A stretch of DNA of 64,000 nt from an uncultured Myxococcales bacterium. GTDB lineage: Bacteria > Myxococcota_A > Polyangia > Fen-1088. A model generated the notes under the pieces. It was given only the letters and a program-made list of their open reading frames with translations. It was not told the origin of the DNA and did no database searches. The stretch spans positions 549 to 64,548 of the forward strand of contig CAYUFS010000031.1 in NCBI GenBank assembly GCA_964443975.1. Reading direction: 5' to 3'. Shown here one piece after another: positions 63,014-64,000 of the stretch. The position numbers and the translations under genes are program-made. Position 1 is the first letter of the stretch. Every line of letters begins with the position of its first letter.

Positions 63014-64000
63014 GCACCTCCGCCTCGACGGGCAAAAAAACCGAGAACAGCGTGCCGCTCGCCTCCCCCTGCGGGGGGCTCTCGACCTCGATCCAGCCGT
63101 CGTGGTCCTTCACGATGCCGTGACTCACGGTCAAGCCCAGCCCGGTGCCCTGGCCTTCGTCCTTCGTGGTGAAGAACGGCTCGAAGATGTCTTGCTTGTC
63201 CGGGACAGAGATGCCGGCGCCGGTGTCCGCGATCTGCAGCATCGCGTAGACCGCCGGCGCGACCTGGTCCAGCCCCCCCTTGCGTCGCGTGACGCTCTCG
63301 ATGGAGACGCGCAGGCGCCCGGCCGTGCCCGTCGGCATGGCGTGGATCGCGTTCATCAGGAGGTTGAGGCAGACCTGTTGAATCTGATCGGGATCGCCGG
63401 GCACCGGATCGAGGCCGTGCGCGGAGCGGACCTCGGTGGTGATGCCCTGACGGCGAATGGTCTCCGCGACGACGTCCAGCGCCTCGGCCACCACCTTGAC
63501 CAGATCGACCCGGGTCACCGTGGGCCCCCGCTTGCGCGAGAAGTCGAGCACCTGGTTGATGATCTTGGTGATCCGGCCGACCTGGGTCTGGATGATGTCG
63601 ATGTTCTTGGCCAGCTCGGCCGGATCGCCCGCCTTCTTCTCGAGCGCCCGGGCGCGGCCGCCGATGACGTTCAGCGGCGTCCCCACCTCGTGGGCGATCT
63701 CCGCCGCCATCTGCCCGATGGTGGCGAGCTTCTCCGACTGGCGCAGGCGGGTCTCCAGCGCCAGCCGGGCGTCGGAGCCCCGGCCCATCTCCTCGCGGGC
63801 GTCGCGCAGGGAGCCGGTCATGGCGTTGAACCGGTTAGCCAGCGTCCCGATGTCGTCCTCCCTCTCGGCGAGCAGGACCCGCGAGAGATCGCCCTTCGCG
63901 ACCTCGTCGATTCCCTCGAGCAGGCGCTTGATGGGCGCCGTGACGCCGGCGCGCAACGCGAGCAGGACGCCCACCGCCAGAAACAGCACCACGGCGAGGA
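62982..64000 (-). CDS. Sensor histidine kinase (TM-HAMP-HisKA-HATPase), N-terminus beyond the window end
   Basis: HAMP segment; [32 protein letters not shown]. Confidence 0.93.
   Translation of the reverse strand, partial: LAVVLFLAVGVLLALRAGVTAPIKRLLEGIDEVAKGDLSRVLLAEREDDIGTLANRFNAMTGSLRDAREEMGRGSDARLALETRLRQSEKLATIGQMAAEIAHEVGTPLNVIGGRARALEKKAGDPAELAKNIDIIQTQVGRITKIINQVLDFSRKRGPTVTRVDLVKVVAEALDVVAETIRRQGITTEVRSAHGLDPVPGDPDQIQQVCLNLLMNAIHAMPTGTAGRLRVSIESVTRRKGGLDQVAPAVYAMLQIADTGAGISVPDKQDIFEPFFTTKDEGQGTGLGLTVSHGIVKDHDGWIEVESPPQGEASGTLFSVFLPVEAEVLAAVEGIGKA

Overview
Very GC-rich bacterial chromosomal segment. Gene content (DUF1552/DUF1592 pair, many Gly-linker lipoproteins, sigma54 systems) suggests Myxococcota or a similar lineage; this is inference only. 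From start to end: a partial sigma54 activator diverging from a complete chemosensory operon (cheA with two CheW domains, cheW, MCP, cheY, cheX, a REC-REC-STAS regulator, an HDOD protein, cheB, cheR, second cheX); a 4-PAS kinase/response regulator/hybrid kinase trio; an argC-argB-DUF502-redoxin operon preceded by a six-copy 80-bp hairpin tandem array; housekeeping genes (S55 peptidase, ppx, acyltransferase, YyaL-like, amino-acid ABC transporter, M16 protease pair, nagA, miaE, acnA); a DUF1552-DUF1592-FGE cluster; and a GT2 + 2x DUF2079 glycosylation cassette behind an NtrC-type two-component system. The best candidate for an undescribed system is 46979-52051: outer-membrane porin, small periplasmic binding-protein-like protein, membrane-anchored CheA-like kinase lacking the CheW (P5) domain, soluble MCP-like protein with a degenerate hairpin tip and a CheZ-like QFQDxxxQ motif, and CheY, with no cheW/cheR/cheB. 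No rRNA, tRNA, CRISPR array or transposase was recognised. All family calls come from motif recognition by eye, not database searches.
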